From the IMG/VR virus record IMGVR_UViG_3300045450_000252, positions 13,534 to 77,533 of that record: a stretch of DNA of 64,000 nucleotides. One strand, 5' to 3'. Position 1 is the first letter of the stretch; every line of letters starts with the position of its first letter. This DNA is from a virus. Its lineage: Duplodnaviria > Caudoviricetes. The translations under genes and the position numbers were made by a program. This document shows, piece after piece, positions 55,043-64,000 of the stretch. The notes beneath the pieces were generated by a model, which saw nothing but the letters and a program-made list of their open reading frames with translations, made no database searches and was not told the origin of the DNA.

Positions 55043-56520
55043 TTGGCCTGCAAGTAGCCGCCGGCTGGCTGGAGCTGGCCAGCGGTACCATTTCGCTCGA
55101 CATCAACAGCCCGTATTTCAGCGCCGAATCGGTGCCCGGCACCACAACCTACCCCTTCGGCCTGCCCATGTCGCCCGGCAACCTGCGCCGGCTCGACTTC
55201 CCCCACCTGCGGGCCGAGCAGGGCGAGCGCGTACCCGACGAGCCGTGCAGCTTTTACATCGAGGGCAACCTGCGCTGGGTGGGCACGCTCGTGTACCTGG
55301 ACTGCGACGAGGAGCGCGGCCTGCTGGCGTATCACTTCGTGGCCGATGCCGCCGACCTGGCTAGCCGCCTCGACGGCGTGCATCTGCCGCAGCTCGAGCT
55401 GGGCACGGTGCAGTTGGAACTGCGCCCCGACGCGGCCGACTACGCCCTGCCCTGCGTGCGCAACTCGGTTTTCTACGATGCCGACCAGGTGCCGGCGTAC
55501 GCGCAGGTACTCAACTACTACCGGGGCGGCACCTACCAGGCCCGACCCGGGGGCAAGCGCTCGCCGGTGGTGCCCTTCCTGCGCCTGGTGCCGCTGCTGC
55601 GCCGGGTAATGGCCGCCCTGGGCTACGGCCTGAGCGGGCCGTGGCTCGACCTGCCCGAGGTGCAGCAGCTCATCCTATACTGCGACCGGGCGGCCGAGGA
55701 CTTCACCGGCCTGGTGCCCGCCCAAATCCAGCTTAACCGGCACGTGCCCGATATCGGCGTGGCCGACCTGCTGGTCGACTTGCAGAAGTTCTGCGGCCTG
55801 GCCTACGACTTCCACCCCGTGCGCCGCGAACTGCGCATCCGGGCGCTGCGCGACGTCATCGCCGACCCGGCCTACGTGCCCCGCGTCGGCGGGCCGGCCA
55901 AAACCACGGCCGTCACCGCCGACGGCTACACGCTGCAAATGGAGCTGGAGGCCGACGACGAGCTGAATAAAACGCTCGACACGGGCTGGCAAAAACTCGT
56001 GGTGGGCAACGGCAAGGAGGTCATCAGCACCCGGGCCGGCACGCTGCACGCCGTGCGCGAGGCCGACCCGCTCGACATCGACCGCCAGTGGCTGGTGCCG
56101 GCCGTGGAGGTGAAGGGAGCTACACCCTACGGCGGCGGTGGCGACGATTCACGCTGCGGCCTGCGCCTGCTCTTCGACCGGGGCCTGCGCCCCGACAGCC
56201 AGGGCCAGCCCTACCCGCTGGCCACGTGGGGCGCGCTCGACTTCGCCGGCAACACCATCGGCCAGAGCACCCTGCACTGGGAGGGCCTGACCGGGCTCTA
56301 CGCCACCTGGCACGCCGGCTGGCTGGCCTTTCTGAGCCGGGCCGCGAGCAAGGAGCGCACCGTGCAGTTTGGCCTGGCCGACCTGCTGGCCCTCGACCCG
56401 GCCCGCAAGGAGCTGGTCGAGGGCAAGAAGTACCTGTGGGAGAAGGTCTCCCTCAGCCTGAGCACCACCGGCCAACCCCTGGCCACGGCCGCCTACACCT
56501 ACCGCTACACCCGCTTATGA
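55039..56520 (+). CDS. Tail/baseplate hub-like protein
   Basis: Homolog of 11625-13118. Confidence 0.65.
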   Translation: MIGLQVAAGWLELASGTISLDINSPYFSAESVPGTTTYPFGLPMSPGNLRRLDFPHLRAEQGERVPDEPCSFYIEGNLRWVGTLVYLDCDEERGLLAYHFVADAADLASRLDGVHLPQLELGTVQLELRPDAADYALPCVRNSVFYDADQVPAYAQVLNYYRGGTYQARPGGKRSPVVPFLRLVPLLRRVMAALGYGLSGPWLDLPEVQQLILYCDRAAEDFTGLVPAQIQLNRHVPDIGVADLLVDLQKFCGLAYDFHPVRRELRIRALRDVIADPAYVPRVGGPAKTTAVTADGYTLQMELEADDELNKTLDTGWQKLVVGNGKEVISTRAGTLHAVREADPLDIDRQWLVPAVEVKGATPYGGGGDDSRCGLRLLFDRGLRPDSQGQPYPLATWGALDFAGNTIGQSTLHWEGLTGLYATWHAGWLAFLSRAASKERTVQFGLADLLALDPARKELVEGKKYLWEKVSLSLSTTGQPLATAAYTYRYTRL

Positions 56521-56957
56521 GCCAGGAGCTTACTCCCCACCAACTCGCCCAGCAGTGGCTCGACATCACGGTTGAGCGCTTCGCGGCCAATATGCGCCGG
56601 CTGCGCATCGGTAAGACCGGCCAGCTGCTGGCCAGCTTCCGCACGGAAGTCATCGCCGCTGCCGGGGCCGACCGCTTGCGCCTGCGCCTGAGTTATGCCC
56701 TCTATGGGCAGTTCGTCGACATGGGCGTGGGCCGGGGCATGGGGGCCGGCCTGCGCCGGGGCAGCGACGGCTACGAGCGCGTGCGCAACTCCCGGGGCCG
56801 CCTGCGTCGCCTGCGCCGCCGGGCCAAGCGCTGGTACTCGACCGAGATGGCCCACCAGACCCACCGCCTGAGCGAGTTGCTGCTCGACCTCTACGGCCAG
56901 GTGGCCCTGGCCACGACCCGCGCCGCCGGGCCGGGCGAAACCACTATTACTTTCTAA
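56517..56957 (+). CDS. Conserved tail-region protein
   Basis: YGQFVDMGVGRGMG; homolog of 13122-13553. Confidence 0.7.
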   Translation: MSQELTPHQLAQQWLDITVERFAANMRRLRIGKTGQLLASFRTEVIAAAGADRLRLRLSYALYGQFVDMGVGRGMGAGLRRGSDGYERVRNSRGRLRRLRRRAKRWYSTEMAHQTHRLSELLLDLYGQVALATTRAAGPGETTITF

Positions 56958-56966
56958 GCTACCCCC

Positions 56967-59900
56967 ATGGCAACTACTCCAGATACCCGGGAAGTCGAAA
57001 TCCTGGTTAATGCCCAGCGGGCCAACGCCAGCATCAAGGAAATGGGGGCGGGCGTGGCCCTGCTCACCAACCAGCTCAGCAAGATGGCCGCCGATGACCC
57101 CCGCCGGGCGGCGCTCAAGCGTGACTTTGACGTGCTCAGCGAGCGCGTGGGCACGGCCCGCAAAGAAATGCGCACCTACGCCCAGACCGAGGAGGAAGTG
57201 CGCCTGGCCACCGAGCGGATGAATCAGGAAAACCGCGAGGTGATTCTCAACGGCCAGAAGCTCAACTCCTCCTTCAAGGACATGAAGGCCGCCGCCGCCC
57301 AGCTCGAGCAGCAGTTGGAGTCGATGAACGGCGACGATGCGGGCCGCAAGAAAATGCTGGCCGACTACCACGCCCTGCAGGACCGCATCGAGGGTGTGAG
57401 CAAGGAAATGCGGCACGCTACCGAGGGCACCAGCTCGCTCAAGCAGGGCTTCGCCAATGCGTTTGCTTTCGCCACCGGCGGCGGCATTATCGCCCTGGCT
57501 GGCCAGGTGGTGCAGCTTGGCAAGGACATTTTTAACACTACGGCCAAGTTTGAGACCTACGAAACGGTGATGACCAACGCGCTGGGCGATAAGAGCAAGG
57601 CCCAGCAGGCCATGAAGGATATCCAGACGATGGCCGCCAAAACTCCGTTCTCGGTCGACGAGCTGACGGGCTCATTCATCAAGTTCGTGAACCGGGGCCT
57701 GAACCCGAGCATGGCCGAGATGACGAAAATGGCCGACCTGGCCGCCTCCCAGGGGAAGAGTTTCGACCAGCTCACCGAGGCCGTGCTCGACGCCGGGGGC
57801 GGCGAGTTCGAGCGCCTGAAGGAATTCGGTATCAAGGCCAGCAAGTCAGGCGACCAGGTGAGCCTGAGCTTCAAGGGCGTGAACCAGACGGTGAAAAACA
57901 CGCCCCAGGCCATCAACGGGGCACTTATGGCCTTCGGCAACATGCAGGGCGTGGCCGGCTCGACGGCAGCTATCAGCAAAACGCTCGAGGGCCAGTGGTC
58001 GAACCTGGGCGACACGGCTGGCCAGCTGGAGGTGACCGTGGGCAAGGGCCTCAAGCCGGTATTTATCTGGCTGCTCTCCATGTTTGGCAACCTGCTGAGT
58101 TGGGTGGGCCGCTTTATTGAGGGCGCGGCCCCGCTCAAGTCCTTCTTTTTGGAGATACTGGACGTGTTTGCCGACCTCTACCACGACATCGGCGAGGTGC
58201 TGGAGTCGCTGGGCCTGTTCAGCGACAAGACCGACACGGTAAAAATGGCCGTGGAGGTGCTCAAGTTTGCCCTGACCGTGCTGCTGATTCCCGTCAAGAC
58301 CCTGGCCCTGGCCGCCCGGGGCATCGTTGACACCTTCATCGACTGGTATAATAGGAGCGAGACCCTGCGGGGCGTGCTCGGGGGCCTCGGGGCCGTGGTA
58401 GTGGGCCTATTCACCACCATTAAAGACAGCGCCATCAAGATTTTGGGCGGGGTGAGCGATATCATCGTCGGTATTTTCACCCTCGACAAGGACCGCATCG
58501 TTGCGGGCTTCAAGTCGGCCATGAGCGCCACGGGCCGCGTGATGCTGGAGGGGGGCAGCCAGGCCGCCGAAAACTTCAAAAAGGGCTACGAGGCCAATAA
58601 AAACAACCACATCGAGCACAAGGTGCGGGTGAAGACCATTACCGAGCAGGAGCAGGAGACTGGCCCGGCCGGCGAGAAGCTCACCTCGGACAAGAGCGCC
58701 GACGATGCGGCCGCCGCGAAGAAGGCCGAGGCTGCCGCCAAAAAAGCCAAGGCCGAGCGCGACCGCCGCGACCGCGAGCGCCTGGCTGACCTCAAGCGCT
58801 GGGTGAAGGCCGAGGGCGACGTGCTCGACGAGCGCGACGTACTGGCCAGCCAGCGCGACCAGGTAGCCTTCACGGTGCAGGGCAAGCAGCGCCAGGACCA
58901 GCAGGACAAAATTTTCGAGGCTGCCCAGAAACAGCTCAAAAAGCTGACCGGGCTGGAGGAGGACTACAGCCAGCAGGTACTCGCCATCACGACCGAGCGC
59001 GACGAGCAGTTGCGGGCGCTGCAGCAGAAGTTTGCTGAGCAGGACGAAAAGCAGCGCCTGGCCGAACTCGACCAAAAAATCAAGGATAATGAGGCCGATT
59101 TACAAGTAGAGCTGGCCTCGCTGGAGGTAGAACTGGCCAACAAATTCCTCAATAAGCAGAGCTACGACGAGTTCGTCTACCAGGCCAAGCAGGCGGCCCT
59201 GGACCGGGAGATGGCCCTGGTCAAGCAAAAGCACGGCGAGGAGTCGGCCGAGTACAAGAAGCTGCTGGCCGAGAAGCTGCGCGACCAGGCGGCCCACACC
59301 ACCAAGGCCAAGGCCGCCGACAACGACCTGGCCAAGTTTAAAAAAGGCATCGCAGGCGTTGAGAAGATGCTCAACGACGACGCCGTGAAATGGGTAGAGG
59401 ATAGCCTGGACAAGCAGTCGGGCCTCTACCAGGCGTTTCGAGCGGCCCGCAAGGCCGAGGCCGTGGCCAGCATCGGCATCAACCTCTACGACGAGGTGCA
59501 GAGCTACTGGAAGGAATCGTCCTCGTTCGGGCCGCTGGGCTTTGCCTGGGCCACCATCCAGAGCACGCTGGCCTTCGCCCGGGCGGGCATGGCCACGGCC
59601 AAGGTTGCCGGCTACTACCAGGGCGGGGCCACCGGCGGCCAGGCCGTGCAGGTGCCCGCGGCCGGCGGGCCGGCCACCATGATGGGCCTCTTCGGCATGG
59701 CCACGGGCCTGAACGTAGGTACCGGCGGCCAGCTCCTCGACGAGCAGGGCCGCGAGGTCGCCGGCATCGTGCATAAAAACGAGTACGTCATCCCCGAATG
59801 GATGCGCCAGGACCCGCAGGTGCTCCAGGTCGAGAACTGGCTGGAGGCCCGGCGGCAGCGCGGCAGTTTCTACGAAGGTGGCACCACCACGCCCGGCGAC

Positions 59901-60101
59901 GCCCGGGCGCGGGCGGCCACTGGCCAGGATGGGGTCGGGCAGACGCAGCTGGTGCAGGTGCTGGCCTCCCTCGACCAGCGCCTGGCCAAGGTGGAGGAGT
60001 GGCCCACCCAGCTCAACGTCGTACTCGACCTGCTGGGCCTGGCCAAGGAGCAGGATAAGATTAAGCAGGTTCAGAGCCGGTCTGAGATTCGCCCAAGGTA
60101 G
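56967..60101 (+). CDS. Tail tape measure protein, 1044 aa
   Basis: Tape-measure core (AAKTPFSVDELT...GEFERLKEFGI) and HKNEYVIP C-terminus. Confidence 0.88.
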   Translation: MATTPDTREVEILVNAQRANASIKEMGAGVALLTNQLSKMAADDPRRAALKRDFDVLSERVGTARKEMRTYAQTEEEVRLATERMNQENREVILNGQKLNSSFKDMKAAAAQLEQQLESMNGDDAGRKKMLADYHALQDRIEGVSKEMRHATEGTSSLKQGFANAFAFATGGGIIALAGQVVQLGKDIFNTTAKFETYETVMTNALGDKSKAQQAMKDIQTMAAKTPFSVDELTGSFIKFVNRGLNPSMAEMTKMADLAASQGKSFDQLTEAVLDAGGGEFERLKEFGIKASKSGDQVSLSFKGVNQTVKNTPQAINGALMAFGNMQGVAGSTAAISKTLEGQWSNLGDTAGQLEVTVGKGLKPVFIWLLSMFGNLLSWVGRFIEGAAPLKSFFLEILDVFADLYHDIGEVLESLGLFSDKTDTVKMAVEVLKFALTVLLIPVKTLALAARGIVDTFIDWYNRSETLRGVLGGLGAVVVGLFTTIKDSAIKILGGVSDIIVGIFTLDKDRIVAGFKSAMSATGRVMLEGGSQAAENFKKGYEANKNNHIEHKVRVKTITEQEQETGPAGEKLTSDKSADDAAAAKKAEAAAKKAKAERDRRDRERLADLKRWVKAEGDVLDERDVLASQRDQVAFTVQGKQRQDQQDKIFEAAQKQLKKLTGLEEDYSQQVLAITTERDEQLRALQQKFAEQDEKQRLAELDQKIKDNEADLQVELASLEVELANKFLNKQSYDEFVYQAKQAALDREMALVKQKHGEESAEYKKLLAEKLRDQAAHTTKAKAADNDLAKFKKGIAGVEKMLNDDAVKWVEDSLDKQSGLYQAFRAARKAEAVASIGINLYDEVQSYWKESSSFGPLGFAWATIQSTLAFARAGMATAKVAGYYQGGATGGQAVQVPAAGGPATMMGLFGMATGLNVGTGGQLLDEQGREVAGIVHKNEYVIPEWMRQDPQVLQVENWLEARRQRGSFYEGGTTTPGDARARAATGQDGVGQTQLVQVLASLDQRLAKVEEWPTQLNVVLDLLGLAKEQDKIKQVQSRSEIRPR

Positions 60102-60142
60102 CGCGCAGAATACCGACCATAAGGTGTTCGAAAAACCCTAGT

Positions 60143-60182
60143 AAAAAAGGCCCCGAAAACCTGCGTTTTCGGGGCCTTTTTG
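60143..60182. terminator. Bidirectional terminator, flanked by GTTCGAAAAAC repeats
   Basis: 18-bp stem with CTGC loop; repeats at 60126 and 60198. Confidence 0.8.
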
Positions 60183-60332
60183 GCAGGTCAGGATTTCGTT
60201 CGAAAAACAGTATCTCCTTCTTTACTTCCCAACCCGCTTTATCTATAGTGCGCATTCGCTATCAGCACAGTGTAGTTTATTATCAGAGATTTTCAATAGT
60301 TTTACGGTTGAAAATAATAAAGTAAAATCAAG

Positions 60333-61526
60333 ATGTACATAGTTCAGCAGGCGCAAAAGGGGCTAGTCCCTATCCCAACAGTTTCATTTAGTAGTGAACA
60401 GCTTTTGGAAAGAGATGATTTACAGGAATGGTTGGCCGCCAACCCTGCTGTACTAGGTGAGCCACTCTTGATAATTCAGAAGGAATTTGATGGTTTTGAC
60501 GGAACCTCTGAACGGCTTGATTTACTAGCGCTCGACCGCCGGGGTAATCTAGTAGTTATTGAAAATAAGACAGATGACTCTGGCCGTGATGTGACTTGGC
60601 AGGCGTTAAAATATGCTTCGTATTGCGCTAGCCTGACAGCACCACAAATTATTCGCCTTTATCAAGCTTACTTAGATAAGCAACAGGCGGATGGTTCGGC
60701 GGAAGAGCGATTGTTAGATTTTTTTCAGGGAGCAGCTTATGAAACGCAGCTAAACCAAGGGAACGGTCTGCGAATCATGCTCGTAGCGGCTCATTTCCGT
60801 AAGGAGGTTACTTCCACCGTCCTCTGGCTACTCGGGTTTAACGTACGGCTGCAATGCCATCAGGTACGACTATACCGTTTAGGCGAGCAACTTTTGTTTC
60901 AGATAGAGCAAATTATTCCACTACGCCAGACGCAAGAATATACAATTCAACTGGAGCGCAAAAAGCAGGAGCAGGCTCAATTGCTGACGGAGTCTAATCA
61001 GCGCAAACAGATTCTACGTCGATTTTGGCTACAAGCACTACCTGTCATCCGAACGAAGGTTGCGGTTTTCAATGCCGTAAACGCAGTCGATAGGCAGTAT
61101 CTGACGGCCGGCTCCGGTATCTCTTTAGTAGTCTACAGTTTTAGTATTAGCCAGCACACGGCTACCGTGCTGCTAAACTTTACGCGAGCTCAAGCTAGTC
61201 AAAACGAGTTTCTTTATAATAGCTTGTTGCACTATAAAGAACAAATTGAAGAAGAGTGTGGATTTGCGCTCAACTGGGAGAATAAGCCGGAAAACTCATC
61301 TTGTAAAATCAGCTGCCCAGTCGTATCGATAGGCTATGCAGACGAAACACATTGGACTACGCTGATTGAGCAGCTTGCTGATATCATGGCTAAGCTAGTA
61401 GGTGCAGTGAAGAACCACTTATCATCCGCTGGGCTCGCAATGCCGACAGCAACTAGTCTAGATGAGGAAGACGAGGAGGATGAGATGCAAGCTGCGGATG
61501 GTGACGTTGCGCCTGTGCTTGAGTAG
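60333..61526 (+). CDS. NucS-like PD-(D/E)xK nuclease with DUF4268-like C-terminus
   Basis: ERDDLQEW...RLDLLALD..GNLVVIENK; C-terminal FW...LYNSL...IEEE.G..L.W; AT-rich. Confidence 0.75.
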   Translation: MYIVQQAQKGLVPIPTVSFSSEQLLERDDLQEWLAANPAVLGEPLLIIQKEFDGFDGTSERLDLLALDRRGNLVVIENKTDDSGRDVTWQALKYASYCASLTAPQIIRLYQAYLDKQQADGSAEERLLDFFQGAAYETQLNQGNGLRIMLVAAHFRKEVTSTVLWLLGFNVRLQCHQVRLYRLGEQLLFQIEQIIPLRQTQEYTIQLERKKQEQAQLLTESNQRKQILRRFWLQALPVIRTKVAVFNAVNAVDRQYLTAGSGISLVVYSFSISQHTATVLLNFTRAQASQNEFLYNSLLHYKEQIEEECGFALNWENKPENSSCKISCPVVSIGYADETHWTTLIEQLADIMAKLVGAVKNHLSSAGLAMPTATSLDEEDEEDEMQAADGDVAPVLE

Positions 61527-61596
61527 AATTTCTGATTAATGCCCGGTCTACCGCTAGGTCTCTAAGCTAAAAGCCCCGCAATCTTATCGGTGATAC

Positions 61597-61710
61597 GGCC
61601 AGAAAGGTGCACCTTGCTGGCCCCTATCTATTGGGTAGGCAAAACCCGTTCATGATGGGGCCAGAAAGTGGGGCCAACGCTGTAACTTGCTGGCCCCAGC
61701 TTTCTGGCCC
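61597..61710. repeat. res-like repeat cluster over the resolvase promoter
   Basis: GGCCAGAAAG at 61597 and 61659, inverted at 61700; CTTGCTGGCCCC at 61613 and 61686. Confidence 0.55.
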
Positions 61711-61715
61711 CTTTT

Positions 61716-62270
61716 ATGAATTTCGGTTATGCCCGCGTGTCAGCCAAGGACCAAAACCTCGATACCCAACTGGAGCAGTTGCACGCCGTCGGCGTACAGC
61801 GCATCTTTCAAGAAAAAATTAGCGGTACCACTATTCAGCGCCCGCAGCTCGACCAGTTACTGGCCACCCTGCGCGAGGGCGACACGGTAACTGTTGCGCG
61901 GCTAAACCGGCTCGGGCGCAACAGCGCCCATATTATGCAACTAGTAGCCGACTTCAATGCCCAGGGCGTGCGCTTTGTGGCCTTGGATTTGGGTATCGAT
62001 ACGGCTACGCCTGCCGGACGCCTAGTGCTGGGCATCTTCGCCGCGCTGGCCGAATATGACCGCGAGAGTATCCGCGAACGTGCCGCGGGTGGCATCGCTC
62101 TGGCCAAGGCGCAGGGTAAGCACCTGGGTCGTCGGCCGGGTGCCGACGCCGAGAAGTTGGCCAAGGTGAAAACCTGCTTAGCGGCTGGCTTGTCAGTACA
62201 CCAGATAGTAGCTGCTACTGGGGTGAGTGAAACGAGTGTAAAGCGCTACCGCAAGCAACTCGGCAATTAA
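61716..62270 (+). CDS. Serine recombinase (Pin/Hin-like)
   Basis: GYARVS, RLNRLGRN, DTATPAGRL and a C-terminal HTH. Confidence 0.92.
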   Translation: MNFGYARVSAKDQNLDTQLEQLHAVGVQRIFQEKISGTTIQRPQLDQLLATLREGDTVTVARLNRLGRNSAHIMQLVADFNAQGVRFVALDLGIDTATPAGRLVLGIFAALAEYDRESIRERAAGGIALAKAQGKHLGRRPGADAEKLAKVKTCLAAGLSVHQIVAATGVSETSVKRYRKQLGN

Positions 62271-62376
62271 AGAAATGTACTTAAAATAACCTCGCTTCAG
62301 GGGGAGGTGCCACCCTTTTAGCCGCCTTTTAAAGTGAAAAGTGCCTTAGGGTGTATTTAAACGTACATCGCACTTG

Positions 62377-62407
62377 CCGGGTGGCGCGGCCTTTTTTTAT
62401 GCCCATA
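62377..62407. repeat. att core, right end of prophage B
   Basis: Identical to 20576-20606. Confidence 0.85.
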
Positions 62408-62499
62408 GGTGACTGATTGGGCTAATCAGTCTTTCTGATGCCGTAAAGGCACTTTCGCTCCGACAGGTCCGGCCAGCCCCGGCTAGGTCAGAAGGCAAT

Positions 62500-62612
62500 C
62501 TGCCCCTAAAATCTGCCCCTACTTTTTGGGGGCTGGATTTTAGGGGCAGATTGCTTGGGGGAGGGTGGTAGCCCCGGCCCCCGAAAAAGCAGGGGCAGAT
62601 TTTAGGGGCAGA
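62500..62612. repeat. Arm-type CTGCCCCT(A) repeats, two direct and three inverted
   Basis: 62500-62526, 62538-62552 and 62591-62612. Confidence 0.65.
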
Positions 62613-62613
62613 C

Positions 62614-62853
62614 CTAGGCAGCCTGCTTGGGCAGGCGGCGGGCCGTCTGTCGGTGGGAGGCCAGCAGCTCCTGCTCGTCGGTGCCCAGGTAGACGTTGAA
62701 CTGGGCCTCGGTTTGGTGGCCGGTAGCCAGCATGACGAGCGACTTGGGCACGCCCTGGTAGACCTTGAGCGTGGCGTAGGTCTTGCGCCCCACGTGCATG
62801 CCGAGCTTGAGGCGGGTGATGCGGGCCAACTGGGCGAGGTGGTTCAGGTATCG
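62614..62853 (-). pseudogene. Integrase C-terminal fragment of element C
   Basis: RYLNHL...MHVGRKTYATLKVYQGVPKSLVMLATGHQTEAQF, closely matching the prophage B integrase; the rest is missing. Confidence 0.85.
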
Positions 62854-63006
62854 GCTACTACGCGCTTGGTGCCGAACAGGCGAAGCATCAGCAAACGCGT
62901 TAGCGAAGGCATGCGTAGGCAGCTAGCGTGGTCGGTTGTGCTCACCGTGTAGCAGGCTGATTAGTTTCCCTTGCGAGGCAATAGTACTAAATGCGTGGCC
63001 GCCATC

Positions 63007-63195
63007 TTAGTCACGTGCTGCTGGCAGTGGGCTAGCCGATTGGCCTTTCTTTCCGGGGACGGCTGCCGGTGACGTGGGCGAAGATTTGCCAAAAATGGCT
63101 ACCACGACCAGGATGATGAGGAGCACGAGGAGCGCTTTCTTGTTGGAAATAGACACTCCGGCCAAGTGCGGAGTAGGGTCGGTAGAAGCGGGCAT
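63007..63195 (-). CDS. Small membrane protein, possibly truncated
   Basis: ALLVLLIILVVVAIF TM helix. Confidence 0.4.
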   Translation of the reverse strand: MPASTDPTPHLAGVSISNKKALLVLLIILVVVAIFGKSSPTSPAAVPGKKGQSASPLPAARD

Positions 63196-63203
63196 CGGTG
63201 GGG

Positions 63204-63401
63204 TCAGGACTCGGCGGGTTTCGGGCGCGTGAGAAAGCGTACTAGCAGGTAGATGAGTAGGATAGCGAGCGGGATACCAAGAAAAAGGATGGCATAGAAC
63301 ACGATAATAATGTCCACTTGCCCGACAAACTCTGCGTGAGCAGCTACTGGTAGGCAGCAAAGCCATAAAAATGTCCAGAAGCGCGAGAGTGTGAGATGCA
63401 T
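63204..63401 (-). CDS. Small membrane protein with signal-like N-terminus
   Basis: Signal-like segment plus a long TM helix. Confidence 0.45.
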   Translation of the reverse strand: MHLTLSRFWTFLWLCCLPVAAHAEFVGQVDIIIVFYAILFLGIPLAILLIYLLVRFLTRPKPAES

Positions 63402-63670
63402 GATAGTATTGGCCTGTTAGTCAGCGGTTGCGTGGTGGTTTCATCAATAATTCAAGTTTCAAAATGTGAAACATAATATTGGGAAGTGATTTTATTGTGC
63501 ACAAGACAAGCGCCTGCAATAAAGTGAACGGGCGCTGAAATCTGCCAAACACGCCATGACGAAGACGCAGAAATTGTATCAGGTGTAGGCCGGGGTCTAG
63601 AAGACGCACGCGGCCTACCTTGGCTATTGACGACGCTTTTGTAGAGGCCAGCGGTGCACAACCTGTGCGG

Positions 63671-63736
63671 GTGCGCTAGGGCCGCCAGATAAACCTGCCC
63701 TGGCTCGTGGCCCTGATTCGCATCGGCCTGCCGCAG
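63671..63736 (+). pseudogene. Decayed homolog of the cro-like gene
   Basis: VR*GRQINLPWLVALIRIGLPQ versus VRIGRSHNLAHLVALVRVGLPK. Confidence 0.6.
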
Positions 63737-63802
63737 TGTGGCGCGGCCTGGGGGGGCAGTGCCTAAGCCTGAACCTGGCGCACTTCGTGAATTTTACCCC
63801 GC

Positions 63803-64000
63803 CTAGGTGCCCGCGACCTGGTACTCGCAGATGGTGATGAGAAAATACCCGAGGTGGTGCAGCAGGTCGTTGGCTTCGTCCAGGGTAAGGTACCCAAACA
63901 CGTAGTTGGCCAGTACTTGCTTTTCCTGCTCACTGGGCGTGTGGGCCCACCGCTTGGTGGGGTATGCGTGCAGGGTGCGGCGGGAGTTGGGCGAGGCCAT
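63803..64000 (-). CDS. Small hypothetical protein (at window edge)
   Basis: 65-aa ORF with a plausible helical C-half. Confidence 0.45.
   Translation of the reverse strand: MASPNSRRTLHAYPTKRWAHTPSEQEKQVLANYVFGYLTLDEANDLLHHLGYFLITICEYQVAGT

Larger units (their letters stand above)
20576..62407 (+). mobile_element. Prophage B, apparently complete (about 41.8 kb)
   Basis: 31-bp direct repeats flank int, repressor, replication, head, lysis and tail modules. Confidence 0.9.

Noticed and set aside
61716-62270. Pin/Gin-type tail-fibre inversion system
   Set aside because: No inverted crossover sites seen around the fibre genes, which lie about 25 kb away

Overview
High-GC Bacteroidota DNA, probably Hymenobacter-like. 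This is inferred from TAnnTTTG promoters, a PorT-type beta-barrel and SprB-like repeats. The window is almost entirely a tandem array of related siphovirus-type prophages at one attachment site. Prophage A (1-20606) shows only its late half: terminase, portal, lysis, tail, tape measure, then an outer-membrane barrel, a serine resolvase and an orphan histidine kinase. Prophage B (20576-62407, about 41.8 kb) looks complete and is bounded by an identical 31-bp direct repeat. It runs integrase, defence-like cargo, repressor, early genes, primase, late genes, tape measure, DUF4268 nuclease and resolvase. Element C (from 62377) is a decayed sibling with an integrase 3' fragment and a cro-like pseudogene. 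The main non-coding signals are two different integrase arm-type motifs and a late-promoter motif GTCCTTT-N24-TT(C/T)G found at 7 exact and 2 variant sites. There is also a conserved block between terminase and portal (candidate cos/pac). A 112-nt three-way-junction RNA with complementary loops starts exactly at the predicted start of one late promoter. All functional calls come from motif reading by eye; no database searches were run.
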